A DNA stretch of 44,357 nt from an archaeon. GTDB taxonomy: Archaea > EX4484-52 > B79-G9. Of the stretch, positions 1-8,892 are shown piece by piece. The DNA lies in NCBI GenBank assembly GCA_043813875.1, contig JBDRKP010000042.1, forward strand, positions 1 through 44,357. The letters are read 5' to 3'. The notes beneath the pieces are model-generated. The model was not told the origin of the DNA, ran no database searches, and worked only from the letters and a program-made list of their open reading frames with translations. A program made the position numbers and the translations under genes. The stretch's first letter is position 1; each line of letters begins with the position of its first letter.

Positions 1-55
1 CACAAGACATATAAATTTAAACAAGAAAGAAAAAAGGAAGACAGGTGTTATTTTT

Positions 56-2494
56 ATGGATAAGAAGAACGAGAAGAAAGATGATAAACAAGGTTATGAT
101 CCGAAAGTGAGGGAGCCTGAGATACAGGCATTCTGGGAAAAGGAGAATGTCTACAAGTTCGATGAGGCGAGCAAAAAAAAGGTATACAGCATCGATACGC
201 CGCCACCTACTGTGTCGGGCAAGATGCATCTTGGGCATGCGTTCTCTTATTCGCAGGCGGATTTCATCGCGAGGTACAAGCGCATGAGAGGCCATAATGT
301 TTTCTACCCGTTCGGGTTCGATGACAACGGGCTTGCTACTGAGCGCTTTGTCGAGAAGAAGGAGAATGTGCGGGCAACAAAGATGCCGCGAAAGGAGTTC
401 GTCAAGCTCTGCCTCAAGTCGACGACCGAGGCTGAGAAGTCATTGAAGGATTCCTGGGCGCGCCTCGGCATAAGCTGCGACTGGGGGATCAGTTACAGGA
501 CAATCGATGATGAGAGCCAGAGGACTTCCCAGTTGTCCTTTGTCAAGCTATACAAGATGGGGCGCGAGTACCAGAAGGAGGCACCGACGATATGGTGCCC
601 TAAGTGCCAGACTGCGATCGCACAGGTGGAGCTTGAGGACCAGGAGCTTGATTCAACGTTCAATGATATCAGATTCAGGATGGATGACGGGACTGATCTT
701 GTCATCGCTACTACGAGGCCGGAATTATTGCCTAGCTGCGTCGCTGTGTTTGTGCATCCAGAGGACAAGAGATACAAGAAATATGCCGGAAAAGATGCCA
801 CGATCCCGATTTTCGGGCAGAAGGTGAAGATTCTTGCCGATGAGCGCGCTGATCCTGAAAAGGGGACCGGTGCTGTCATGTGCTGCACGTTCGGCGACCA
901 GACAGATATCGAGTGGTATAAGGCGCATAATCTGCCGATGAAGATATCCATCACCAAAGACGGGTTCATGAATGAGAATGCTCTCACGTATAAAGGAATG
1001 ACGATAAAGGATGCGCGAAAGAAGATTGTCGAGGACCTTAAGAAAGAGGGGGCGCTGGTGTCACAGAAGCCTATCAAGCATGCGGTGAATGTGCATGAGC
1101 GGTGCGGCACAGAAATCGAGATACTCAACACGAAGCAGTGGTTCATCAGATATCTTGACCTGAAGGATGATTTCATCAAGGCAGGCAGGAAGATCAAGTG
1201 GTATCCGGAATATATGAGGATACGCTATGACAACTGGATAAACGGGCTCCAGTGGGACTGGTGCATATCGCGCCAGAGGTATTTCGGGGTGCCGTTCCCG
1301 GTATGGTACTGCCGGAAGTGCGGCGAGATCATTGTCGCTGAAGAAAGCGAGCTGCCTGTCGATCCGCTTGAGGACATTCCTAAAAAGGCATGCAAGTGCG
1401 GGTCAAGGGAGTTCGATGGGGAGAGGGATGTGCTTGACACGTGGGCGACGTCGTCGCTTACGCCAGAGATCGCTCTTCGATGGCAGAAGGACAAGAAGTT
1501 CTTCAAGAAGATGTATCCGATGGATCTGCGTCCGCAGGCTCATGATATCATCACGTTCTGGCTGTTCAATACTGTCGTGAAGGGGCTTCTTCATGAAAAT
1601 GAGATCCCGTGGAAGAATACGATGATCTCCGGTCATGCGCTTGACCCTCACGGAAAGAAGATGTCTAAGAGCAAGGGGAATGCGATTGATCCGATAGAGA
1701 CGATAAAGAATAATTCGGCTGATGCGCTCAGGTTCTGGGCAGCCGGCTCAAAGCTTGGAGATGATCTTGCTTTCCAGGAAAAGGATTTCATCACGGGCAG
1801 GAAATTCATTGTCAAGCTGTTCAATGCGTCGCGGTTTGCGATGATACATCTTGAGGGCTACAAGAAGCTGAAGTCGAAGCCGAAGGATATAACGACCATC
1901 GACAGGTGGGCGCTTTCAAAGCTCCATCAGCTTATCAGGATATCTACGGATGAGTTTGAAAGGCACGAATATACGAGGTCCAAGGCTGAGACTGAGAAGT
2001 TCTTCTTCCAGATACTGTGCGACAATTATCTTGAGATCGCAAAGGACAGGCTGTATAACCAGGAGAAGTACGAGAAGAGTGAAGTCGAGTCTGCCAAATA
2101 CACGCTTTATGAGATGCTGCTTTCTGTGCTCAAGCTTGTTGCGCCGATCATGCCGCATATCACTGAAGAGATATACCAGAGCCATTTCAGGGATAAGGAG
2201 GGCGATGTCTCGATACATGTCTCTTCCTGGCCTGTGTATGATGAGTTGATGGTCGATGAGAAGGCGCTTGATGCTGGCGATCTTGCCGTGAAGGCGATCA
2301 GCGCTATCAGGCAGTACAAGAGCGAGAGGAAGATGCCGCTGAATGCGCCGCTTGATTCGGTCATGATCGATGCCGGTGAAGAGATAAGGGCTGCCGAGAA
2401 GGATATCATGAGCACGATGAAGATCGGGAAAATCAGGTTCTCTAAAGTTGATGCTTCGGATATTACTGTGGATGATGTCAGGATAAAGGTGTGA
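56..2494 (+). CDS. valS: Valine--tRNA ligase (archaeal type)
   Basis: 812 aa; DTPPPTVSG-HLGH (HIGH-like), WCISRQR, KMSKS motifs; lacks the bacterial C-terminal coiled coil. Confidence 0.97.
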   Translation: MDKKNEKKDDKQGYDPKVREPEIQAFWEKENVYKFDEASKKKVYSIDTPPPTVSGKMHLGHAFSYSQADFIARYKRMRGHNVFYPFGFDDNGLATERFVEKKENVRATKMPRKEFVKLCLKSTTEAEKSLKDSWARLGISCDWGISYRTIDDESQRTSQLSFVKLYKMGREYQKEAPTIWCPKCQTAIAQVELEDQELDSTFNDIRFRMDDGTDLVIATTRPELLPSCVAVFVHPEDKRYKKYAGKDATIPIFGQKVKILADERADPEKGTGAVMCCTFGDQTDIEWYKAHNLPMKISITKDGFMNENALTYKGMTIKDARKKIVEDLKKEGALVSQKPIKHAVNVHERCGTEIEILNTKQWFIRYLDLKDDFIKAGRKIKWYPEYMRIRYDNWINGLQWDWCISRQRYFGVPFPVWYCRKCGEIIVAEESELPVDPLEDIPKKACKCGSREFDGERDVLDTWATSSLTPEIALRWQKDKKFFKKMYPMDLRPQAHDIITFWLFNTVVKGLLHENEIPWKNTMISGHALDPHGKKMSKSKGNAIDPIETIKNNSADALRFWAAGSKLGDDLAFQEKDFITGRKFIVKLFNASRFAMIHLEGYKKLKSKPKDITTIDRWALSKLHQLIRISTDEFERHEYTRSKAETEKFFFQILCDNYLEIAKDRLYNQEKYEKSEVESAKYTLYEMLLSVLKLVAPIMPHITEEIYQSHFRDKEGDVSIHVSSWPVYDELMVDEKALDAGDLAVKAISAIRQYKSERKMPLNAPLDSVMIDAGEEIRAAEKDIMSTMKIGKIRFSKVDASDITVDDVRIKV

Positions 2495-2526
2495 TAAAGG
2501 TCCGAGTTCGCCCGGTATAAAAGGGG

Positions 2527-2628
2527 TTATTCGCAGAACGCGTGGGCGCTATCGCTGTGGTGGTAGAGCAGGGCCAGTATAGCTGCTATCGATACACATA
2601 ATATCAGTACCCAGTACCATTTGTCCAT
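2527..2628 (-). CDS. Putative 33-aa single-pass membrane peptide (not in ORF track)
   Basis: Manually translated MDKWYWVLILCVSIAAILALLYHHSDSAHAFCE*; hydrophobic 18-aa stretch; AT-rich TATA-like sequence upstream. Confidence 0.45.
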   Translation of the reverse strand: MDKWYWVLILCVSIAAILALLYHHSDSAHAFCE

Positions 2629-2680
2629 TGTATCCCAAGTGTATTAATAGGGTTTTTGAATTATTATATTTTTAGGTCGG

Positions 2681-3594
2681 TTACATTTCCTTTAAAATCC
2701 CGTCTCTAGCCTCAACCATGTTTTTCAGCTTTCCGAAGGCCAGATCCTCTGTGAGGTTCCTTAGGCCGCAGTCGGGGTCTATTATCAGTTGCGATGGAGG
2801 GAGGATGTCTAATGCGGTTCTTATGCGGTCTTTTATCTGGCTTACTGTCTCTATTGATCTTTCTTCCACGCTGATGCAGCCGAAGCCGATTGTCTTTTTG
2901 AACTTGTGCTGCCTTAAGGGTTCGAGGTTGTATGGATGCGCCACAAATTCAAGGTCGAGAATTCGATCCTGAGGTCGAGAAGGCTCGTGAATATGGGCCT
3001 TACGTCGCCGCAGACATGGAGGGCTACCGGGATGCGCACGTCTTTTGTGAGTTCGCGTATCATGTCGCCTATGGGTTCAAAATATTCGACTGAGAGGAAG
3101 GGCTCATCTATCTGGATCATGTGTACCTGATTCTTGAGGTCGTGTATTTCCTCTTTGAGCGCGTCGACAAATGCCCATGCAACTTCATCGTCGTTCTTAT
3201 AGTAGCTGTTCGTACAGTTACGGGAGATGGTGTAGGGGCCGGTGAGGATCCCTTTGACTTTTGTTTTTCCATCTGTCATGGTGCCGATGAATTCGAGGTC
3301 ATTTTTGATTATGAGGCATTTCCGTTTTATTTCGCCGATAATTTTCGGCCTTGGGCCGGCGTTGATTCCGTGGCAGCATGAGGCGACGATCGATATCATG
3401 TCTTTTCTTACCTGGCCGTCTGAGATTATGTTGATGCCGGCTTCTTTTTGCTTTTCGACTGCGTATCTTATCGCGTCTGTGCCAGGGTCTTTCTTGAAGT
3501 AGAACTGGCTTAAGATGCTGCCTATTCCTATTCTTGCGGGGTAGGAGCCTACGACTGTTGTTTCCAGTTGCGGGCTGTTATGCTTTTCTGACAT
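2681..3594 (-). pseudogene. Cobalamin-independent (core/MetE C-terminal type) methionine synthase, split by a 1-nt frameshift at ~2960-2963
   Basis: ORF 2914..3594 has TTVVGSYP, SDGQ, TGPYT, IQIDEP, LHVCG; ORF 2681..2944 has IDPDCGL; adding one base at GAATTCTC gives a continuous I-E-I-L-D-L-E-F-V-A-H-P. Confidence 0.85.
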
Positions 3595-3634
3595 AGGGTA
3601 TATATGCCGGCGGCAGGTATATTAATTTTATAGT

Positions 3635-4010
3635 AAAAAGCACAATTGCATTTACAATTAATGTGCTTTTTCCATATAGATTGCTCGCATTTTTGTGTGA
3701 ATATAGTCAAAGACATAACTTTTTGGACTATATGTCTTTGCCATACATGTAAAAATAGAGATGCTATTTTTACTGTCCAGCAAATCAGAGATTTGCCCGG
3801 ATAGTTAACGCCTATTGTATTTGGGTTATATTTGTCAATGTAGTAACAGCGTGAACTATAGTTATGCGAGCAACTATAATAATATTTTATTCCTGAATGA
3901 ATATCGGCTTACGTTGTGACAGAGTTTGTAGTGAATCCGCTAAACTTTCAATAGTATGCGGATTCCCACATAGTCAACCCTAACGTGATTTAGGTTAAAA
4001 GGTTGACTAT
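3635..4010. other. Densely self-complementary intergenic region (candidate structured RNA or palindromic element cluster)
   Basis: At least 7 inverted repeats of 7-10 bp plus a long-range 10-bp pairing 3681-3690/3864-3873. Confidence 0.6.
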
Positions 4011-4036
4011 AAATATATGCGGGCCATATTCTATTT

Positions 4037-4840
4037 ATGGCAATACGTCTCGGGCCTGCGGGGATTCCGCTGGCGTGCAAGGGGAAAACGACACATGAAG
4101 GTGTCAGGTGCGTCTCGGCTCTTGGGCTTGATGCGCTTGAGATTGAGTTTGTGCGAAGCATCTATCTTGATTCCGCGGCTGCTATGGTTGTGGGGAGGGT
4201 TGCGCGGGAGCTTGATGTGGCGCTGTCGTGCCATGCGCCTTATTTTATCAATCTGGCGTCCAGGGATGATGATGTTGTTGTGAAGAGCAGGAAATATATA
4301 TCTGATACGCTCCGGATCGCTGATGCCTGCGGGGCTACGGTCGCTGTCGTTCATGCGGGGTTTTATATGGGGAGGGGAGCTCATGAGACGTTTGAGATGA
4401 TCAAGAAGGCGGTTTCTGATTTTGATTCACGGGCTCTGTTGGGTATCGAGACGATGGGCAGGCAGAAGCAGTTCGGGACGCTTGATGAGGTCGAGAGGAT
4501 GACTATTGAATGTGAGAATGTTGTTCCTGTGGTGGATTTTGCGCATGTGCATGCGCGCCTGAATGGAGGGTTGAGGACTAAGGATGATTTTCGCGCTATT
4601 CTTGACAGGTTTGAGAGGATCGGGGTCAGGCCTATCCATTGCCATATGACGGGGATAAAGTATGATAATGGGAATGAGAAGCATCATCTTGCGCTTTCGT
4701 CCTATGAGCCGGATTTTCGGCTGCTTGCCGAGGTCTTGCGGGAGAATGAGTATGATGTGACTTTGATTTCTGAGAGTCCTGTTCTTGAGGAGGATGCGAT
4801 TTTGTTTAAGGGATGGGTTGGGGGAAATCAGAAAAAATAG
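4037..4840 (+). CDS. nfo: Endonuclease IV-like TIM-barrel AP endonuclease (archaeal)
   Basis: HAPYFINL, VVHAGFY, IETMG..QFG, DFAHVHAR, EKHH metal-binding motifs; TATA-like TATAAATA ~25 nt upstream. Confidence 0.88.
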   Translation: MAIRLGPAGIPLACKGKTTHEGVRCVSALGLDALEIEFVRSIYLDSAAAMVVGRVARELDVALSCHAPYFINLASRDDDVVVKSRKYISDTLRIADACGATVAVVHAGFYMGRGAHETFEMIKKAVSDFDSRALLGIETMGRQKQFGTLDEVERMTIECENVVPVVDFAHVHARLNGGLRTKDDFRAILDRFERIGVRPIHCHMTGIKYDNGNEKHHLALSSYEPDFRLLAEVLRENEYDVTLISESPVLEEDAILFKGWVGGNQKK

Positions 4841-4912
4841 ATGAGCAACGATAATAACAGCTCAATATCAAACAGATCAATGTTCTATGAAATAATGAAG
4901 CTTGAAGCATTT

Positions 4913-5515
4913 TTAAGATAGCAAATGAACAAAGGACTCTTTAGAAATACCTGATTTAATCAAATAATCCTTTTCTTTGTCAGGCAAAGAATCTACTAAT
5001 ACCTGACCCTTCTGTTTCCAGTAATTTTCCGCACCTTGTGTGACAGGCATGCCAGTCAAAAAATCATAGCCCTTATCTTTAAGCCAAGGCAAGATATTTC
5101 GATAGCATTCGCCTCCAATTCCTTTGAAATCATCGGCCATGTTTCTTTCAATGTACGCTAAATTCACGATATTGCCAGACTTCTGATACAGATGAAAAGC
5201 AAGAACAATCTTATCATTTTGCGATATAGTATTGTCTTCGATGTATCTGATGTACCTGTGATAAATCGGGTCTAAATCGTCGGGTAAAGGTGTGTCTATC
5301 GTGAGTTCATCTTTTTCAGCAGCATCCATACTTCTTTCTTGCCATTGATTATAGGAATCCCAATTCCGATAATTATCCTCTGTCTCTTTCTGGATATAGA
5401 TTACCAGGAGTTCACCAGAATTATTAATCGGCACAACGACATCCAAATCAGCTATTTCTCTTGGAAATATGTTCATCAACTGATATGGATCTGTTTTTAA
5501 ATCATACATATACAT
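4913..5515 (-). CDS. Hypothetical protein with GNAT-like C-terminal half
   Basis: 200 aa, AT-rich; FKGIG...A..YWKQKG resembles the GNAT acetyl-CoA-binding region. Confidence 0.55.
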   Translation of the reverse strand: MYMYDLKTDPYQLMNIFPREIADLDVVVPINNSGELLVIYIQKETEDNYRNWDSYNQWQERSMDAAEKDELTIDTPLPDDLDPIYHRYIRYIEDNTISQNDKIVLAFHLYQKSGNIVNLAYIERNMADDFKGIGGECYRNILPWLKDKGYDFLTGMPVTQGAENYWKQKGQVLVDSLPDKEKDYLIKSGISKESFVHLLS

Positions 5516-5616
5516 ATTTTATATTCCAATATATTTAAAGTTAACTACTTATTAATAACAACACATATCTAAAAATATATTTTAACATTTTAAATATAAA
5601 AAAGCCAGTTGTTTAA

Positions 5617-6576
5617 TCAGTCATCGACGCGCCATCTTGGCAATATCATGCTGTCTTTCAGGGCGGTTATTATTTTTCCGTTCTTGTGGTTGAGGATGCC
5701 GCTCCAGGCAATCATCACACCATTGTCGCCTGCGTATTCCATCGGGCATGCGTAGTATCTTGCGCCGCGCTCTTTTGCCATTATGGATAGCATCTCGTTG
5801 AATCTTTTGTTCGCGGCTACGCCGCCGGTTATGAGGACCTCGGTCTTTTCCGTGTGGGCGAGGGCGCGCTCTGTCGCTTCTATCAGCATCGCGAAGGCGT
5901 GTTCCTGGAAGGAGAAGCAGAGGTCGGCGAGTTTTGCGCCGGCTTTGTATCTTCTTACCACGTCTGTGACGAGGCCGGAATAGGAGAAGTCCATGCCTTT
6001 TACTGTGTAGGGCAGCTCGATGTATTTGCCGTCTTTTGCGAGCTTTTCTATCACAGGTCCGCCCGGGAAGCCAAGGTCGCAGTCTCTTGCGAATTTGTCT
6101 ATGGCGTTGCCGATCGCTATGTCCAGGGTCTCGCCGAATACGCGGTATTTGCCGCAGGTGAAGCCGATTACCTGGGAGTTGCCGCCTGAGACGTAGAGGA
6201 CTATCGGATCAATCGCATCTGTCAATAGTTTTGCTATGTCAATGTGTGAGATGCAGTGGTTTACGCCTACCAAGGGTTTTTTGAGTTTCAATGAGAGTGT
6301 GCGGGCGAATGTCGCTGTGATTCTCAGGCACGGCGGGAGGCCAGGGCCTTGTGAGAATGAGATCATGTCGAGGTCTTTTATGTTGATTTTTGCGGATTTC
6401 AGGGCGTCTTTCAAAAGTTTGGGGGCCATCTCTGCGTGATGCTCGGCTGCTTCCCGAGGGTGGATGCCTAATGGAGGGAAGAAACTTGATTTTTTGCTTG
6501 CAAGAATGTTTCCTTTTTCATCGACTATGCCGATGCCCAATGTGTGCGCGGTCCCTTCGATTCCAAGTGATAGCAT
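5617..6576 (-). CDS. kae1: tRNA N6-adenosine threonylcarbamoyltransferase Kae1 (KEOPS)
   Basis: LGIEGTAHT, GIHPREAAEHH, GPGL, VNHCISH, VSGGNSQ, DNGVMIA; stand-alone, not fused to Bud32. Confidence 0.96.
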   Translation of the reverse strand: MLSLGIEGTAHTLGIGIVDEKGNILASKKSSFFPPLGIHPREAAEHHAEMAPKLLKDALKSAKINIKDLDMISFSQGPGLPPCLRITATFARTLSLKLKKPLVGVNHCISHIDIAKLLTDAIDPIVLYVSGGNSQVIGFTCGKYRVFGETLDIAIGNAIDKFARDCDLGFPGGPVIEKLAKDGKYIELPYTVKGMDFSYSGLVTDVVRRYKAGAKLADLCFSFQEHAFAMLIEATERALAHTEKTEVLITGGVAANKRFNEMLSIMAKERGARYYACPMEYAGDNGVMIAWSGILNHKNGKIITALKDSMILPRWRVDD

Positions 6577-6687
6577 GGGATTCTTATGGGGTTTTAAGTT
6601 TATATTAGTTGTTAGTTGGTTCTTGCTGAATCTAATAATAATACGAAATATATAAAAAAGAATTAGATAATACTGAAATTACTGAAA

Positions 6688-6882
6688 TCATGATTTCTTG
6701 ATCTCGGTGTAGCCGCATCCGCCGCAGTATACCCTGTTCTTCATGGTCGCAAGGAGCATCTTGCATTTCGGGCATTTCCTGTTCTTCAAGACTGCTTTAC
6801 CGTCTTTTATCTCGTAATTCTTCCATAACTGAGGGCTCTTTCCTTTACCTTTGCTTTTTGCTTTTTTTGCGATAATAGTCAC
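6688..6882 (-). CDS. rps27ae: 30S ribosomal protein S27ae (start uncertain: GTG 6882 or ATC 6873)
   Basis: CPKC...RVYCGGCGYTE zinc ribbon; conserved position after rps24e. Confidence 0.9.
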   Translation of the reverse strand: MTIIAKKAKSKGKGKSPQLWKNYEIKDGKAVLKNRKCPKCKMLLATMKNRVYCGGCGYTEIKKS

Positions 6883-6886
6883 CTGA

Positions 6887-7252
6887 TCATTCTTTTTTCT
6901 CATCAGTGGATTTTGATTCTTCTGTTTTAGCTTCAACTGGCGCCTCTTTTACTTCCGCGGCGCTGGAGCCTGAGTCTTGCGGCTTTTTAGCTTCTTCTTT
7001 TTTCGAAGGCTCGTAACCTGGTACAAGCTCGGGCTTGTCGTAGACTTTTACATGCACTTCACTTTGATGCCTGCCGTACTTCTGATAGACTGTATCAATG
7101 AAGACACATTCCGGCTTGAGCTTAAGTTCGTTGGACAATTCTGTCCTGATGTCTTTTTTGCTTGGTGTGGTTCCTTGCTTTGTTACCATGCATACCAGCT
7201 CTCTTCTTGAAAAAAGAGGGTTCTTTTTGTCGTCGATAATGTTTATTTCCAT
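6887..7252 (-). CDS. rps24e: 30S ribosomal protein S24e
   Basis: MEINII..KKNPLFSRRE, TPSK motif; acidic/Lys-rich C-terminal tail. Confidence 0.92.
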   Translation of the reverse strand: MEINIIDDKKNPLFSRRELVCMVTKQGTTPSKKDIRTELSNELKLKPECVFIDTVYQKYGRHQSEVHVKVYDKPELVPGYEPSKKEEAKKPQDSGSSAAEVKEAPVEAKTEESKSTDEKKE

Positions 7253-7284
7253 AATATCAATCCATTTTCGTTTATTTATATTTC

Positions 7285-7467
7285 TCAATATATCTGCAAA
7301 GCGTATCTTCCTGGAATTGCGCGATCTGCCTTGGTGCCCATCTCGGATACTGCCTCATATACTATCAGAACGCCTTTCCAGTTCCTTGTGAGATCCTTGT
7401 TCTTGCAAACCTCACATTCTTTCTCTTCGGTTATCCTATGACATATTCTGCATGCTTTTTCGGACAT
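7285..7467 (-). CDS. spt4: Transcription elongation factor Spt4 (RpoE'')
   Basis: KACRIC...CEVC, W.G...I, PGRYAL. Confidence 0.93.
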   Translation of the reverse strand: MSEKACRICHRITEEKECEVCKNKDLTRNWKGVLIVYEAVSEMGTKADRAIPGRYALQIY

Positions 7468-7476
7468 ATTTCATCA

Positions 7477-8115
7477 TCATTTTTTATTTTTTGCTTTCTC
7501 TTTTTTAGGCGCTTCTTTCTTAGACGCTTCTTTTTTAGGTGATTCTGTGTCTGCTTTGTTTTTCGCTTTCAGTTTCGCTTTCTTTTCTGCCTCGAGCCAT
7601 TCGATTGCGCCCAATCCCGGCTGTCTCATAGTGAGATTTATCTTGTTCACTTCTTTCTTGTCAAGACTCACTCCAATCAGCCTTGCCCTTACTTTGTCGC
7701 CTACTTTTAAATTCTTGCTTGAATCCTTGCCGGATAAGATACCGGTCTTGCGATCATAACTTATGAAATCGTTCACTATCTGCGATATGTGGCACATGCC
7801 GTCGATGGGTCCGAACCTGACAAACACGCCGAATTCTGTGATGTCGACCACAACACCTTCGATGACCTCGTGCAGTTTTGGTACGAATACGATTGCCTTG
7901 AATCTGGCCTCATAGTGTATGCCGGCATCTTCTATCTCTATCAATCCGCCCTTGATATCCATGGCATCGGTGATTGCAAGGACAACGCCATGTTCTGCAA
8001 TTATCTTGTTTTCGTACTTCGCTGCCAGGCTTTTCCTGACGGATTCTTTCTTGTCCAGACCAATGTTTTCTGGTGTGGTTCTTACGGAATCGTCTATTAT
8101 CATTTCCTCAAACAT
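7477..8115 (-). CDS. rpoE1: DNA-directed RNA polymerase subunit E' (Rpo7)
   Basis: S1 domain EVIEGVV..ITEFGVFVRFGPIDG..HISQI; LTMRQPGLG. Confidence 0.95.
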   Translation of the reverse strand: MFEEMIIDDSVRTTPENIGLDKKESVRKSLAAKYENKIIAEHGVVLAITDAMDIKGGLIEIEDAGIHYEARFKAIVFVPKLHEVIEGVVVDITEFGVFVRFGPIDGMCHISQIVNDFISYDRKTGILSGKDSSKNLKVGDKVRARLIGVSLDKKEVNKINLTMRQPGLGAIEWLEAEKKAKLKAKNKADTESPKKEASKKEAPKKEKAKNKK

Positions 8116-8137
8116 AGTATTACCTTCTATAGTCTTT

Positions 8138-8659
8138 TTAGTCTTTTTTTATCCCGTACATCTTCATCGAATGGACGATTGTACGCTCTGCTTCTTTTGC
8201 GTCTGCCCAACCGATTATTTTAATATCGTTTTTTTTGGGTGCCTTGTATGTCCTGAAAAATTCCTCAATCTCTTTTAGTGCGTGTTTTGAAACTCCTGAT
8301 ACGTCTCTGGTCTCACCATATTCGGGGTCATTCACGGGCACGGTGAGGATAAGGTCTTTTCGTATCCCGTTTTCGGTGAATCTTAATATGCCTATCGGAA
8401 TCGCATCTACGAGGCATCCCGGCAATGTCGGGTACTCGGTGAGGATCATGGCGGTCAATGGCACGCTATCGTCCAATGCTGTCCTTGGTATGAAACCGAA
8501 TTCTCTAGGATATGGAATTGGGGTACAGATCATGTTTTCCAGTCTTGTGAACATCCCGGTTACATTGTATCGGTTTTTTGAATTCCTGGTCGCTTCTACA
8601 ACCACGGTTACTATTTTCGGGGGTTTAGGCCCTGTCGGCAAATCTTTGTGTTTATCCAT
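8138..8659 (-). CDS. Family I inorganic pyrophosphatase homologue with a degenerate active site
   Basis: YP..FGFIPRT, PGC...PIG, EIEEFFRTYK fold motifs and ppa-like position next to rpoE1; DGDPLD motif reads DSVPLT. Confidence 0.8.
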   Translation of the reverse strand: MDKHKDLPTGPKPPKIVTVVVEATRNSKNRYNVTGMFTRLENMICTPIPYPREFGFIPRTALDDSVPLTAMILTEYPTLPGCLVDAIPIGILRFTENGIRKDLILTVPVNDPEYGETRDVSGVSKHALKEIEEFFRTYKAPKKNDIKIIGWADAKEAERTIVHSMKMYGIKKD

Positions 8660-8892
8660 CAATACACCTTATGGTGTCAGCAATATGATGAGAAGCGAGA
8701 TGATTAATGTTTTAATTATTAGGATATTGTGTCCACAAAGCTTTTTAAATTTAATTGTTGTGACGATGAGATTTGATTATTTTTACTCTTGATTTAACTT
8801 TATATAATTATGAATCTAATGTTATTGATAGTTATAACGTGTTTAATCAAACTTAATGAAACAACATGTTTAATTTGATGTGAGGTGTCAAT

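Noticed and set aside
2940..2985. Programmed ribosomal frameshift in the methionine synthase
   Set aside because: No slippery heptamer or clear stimulatory structure; an indel is more parsimonious
3635..4010. RNase P RNA or SRP RNA
   Set aside because: No GAGGAAAGUCC-type conserved region or SRP helix-8 motif recognisable; too AT-rich
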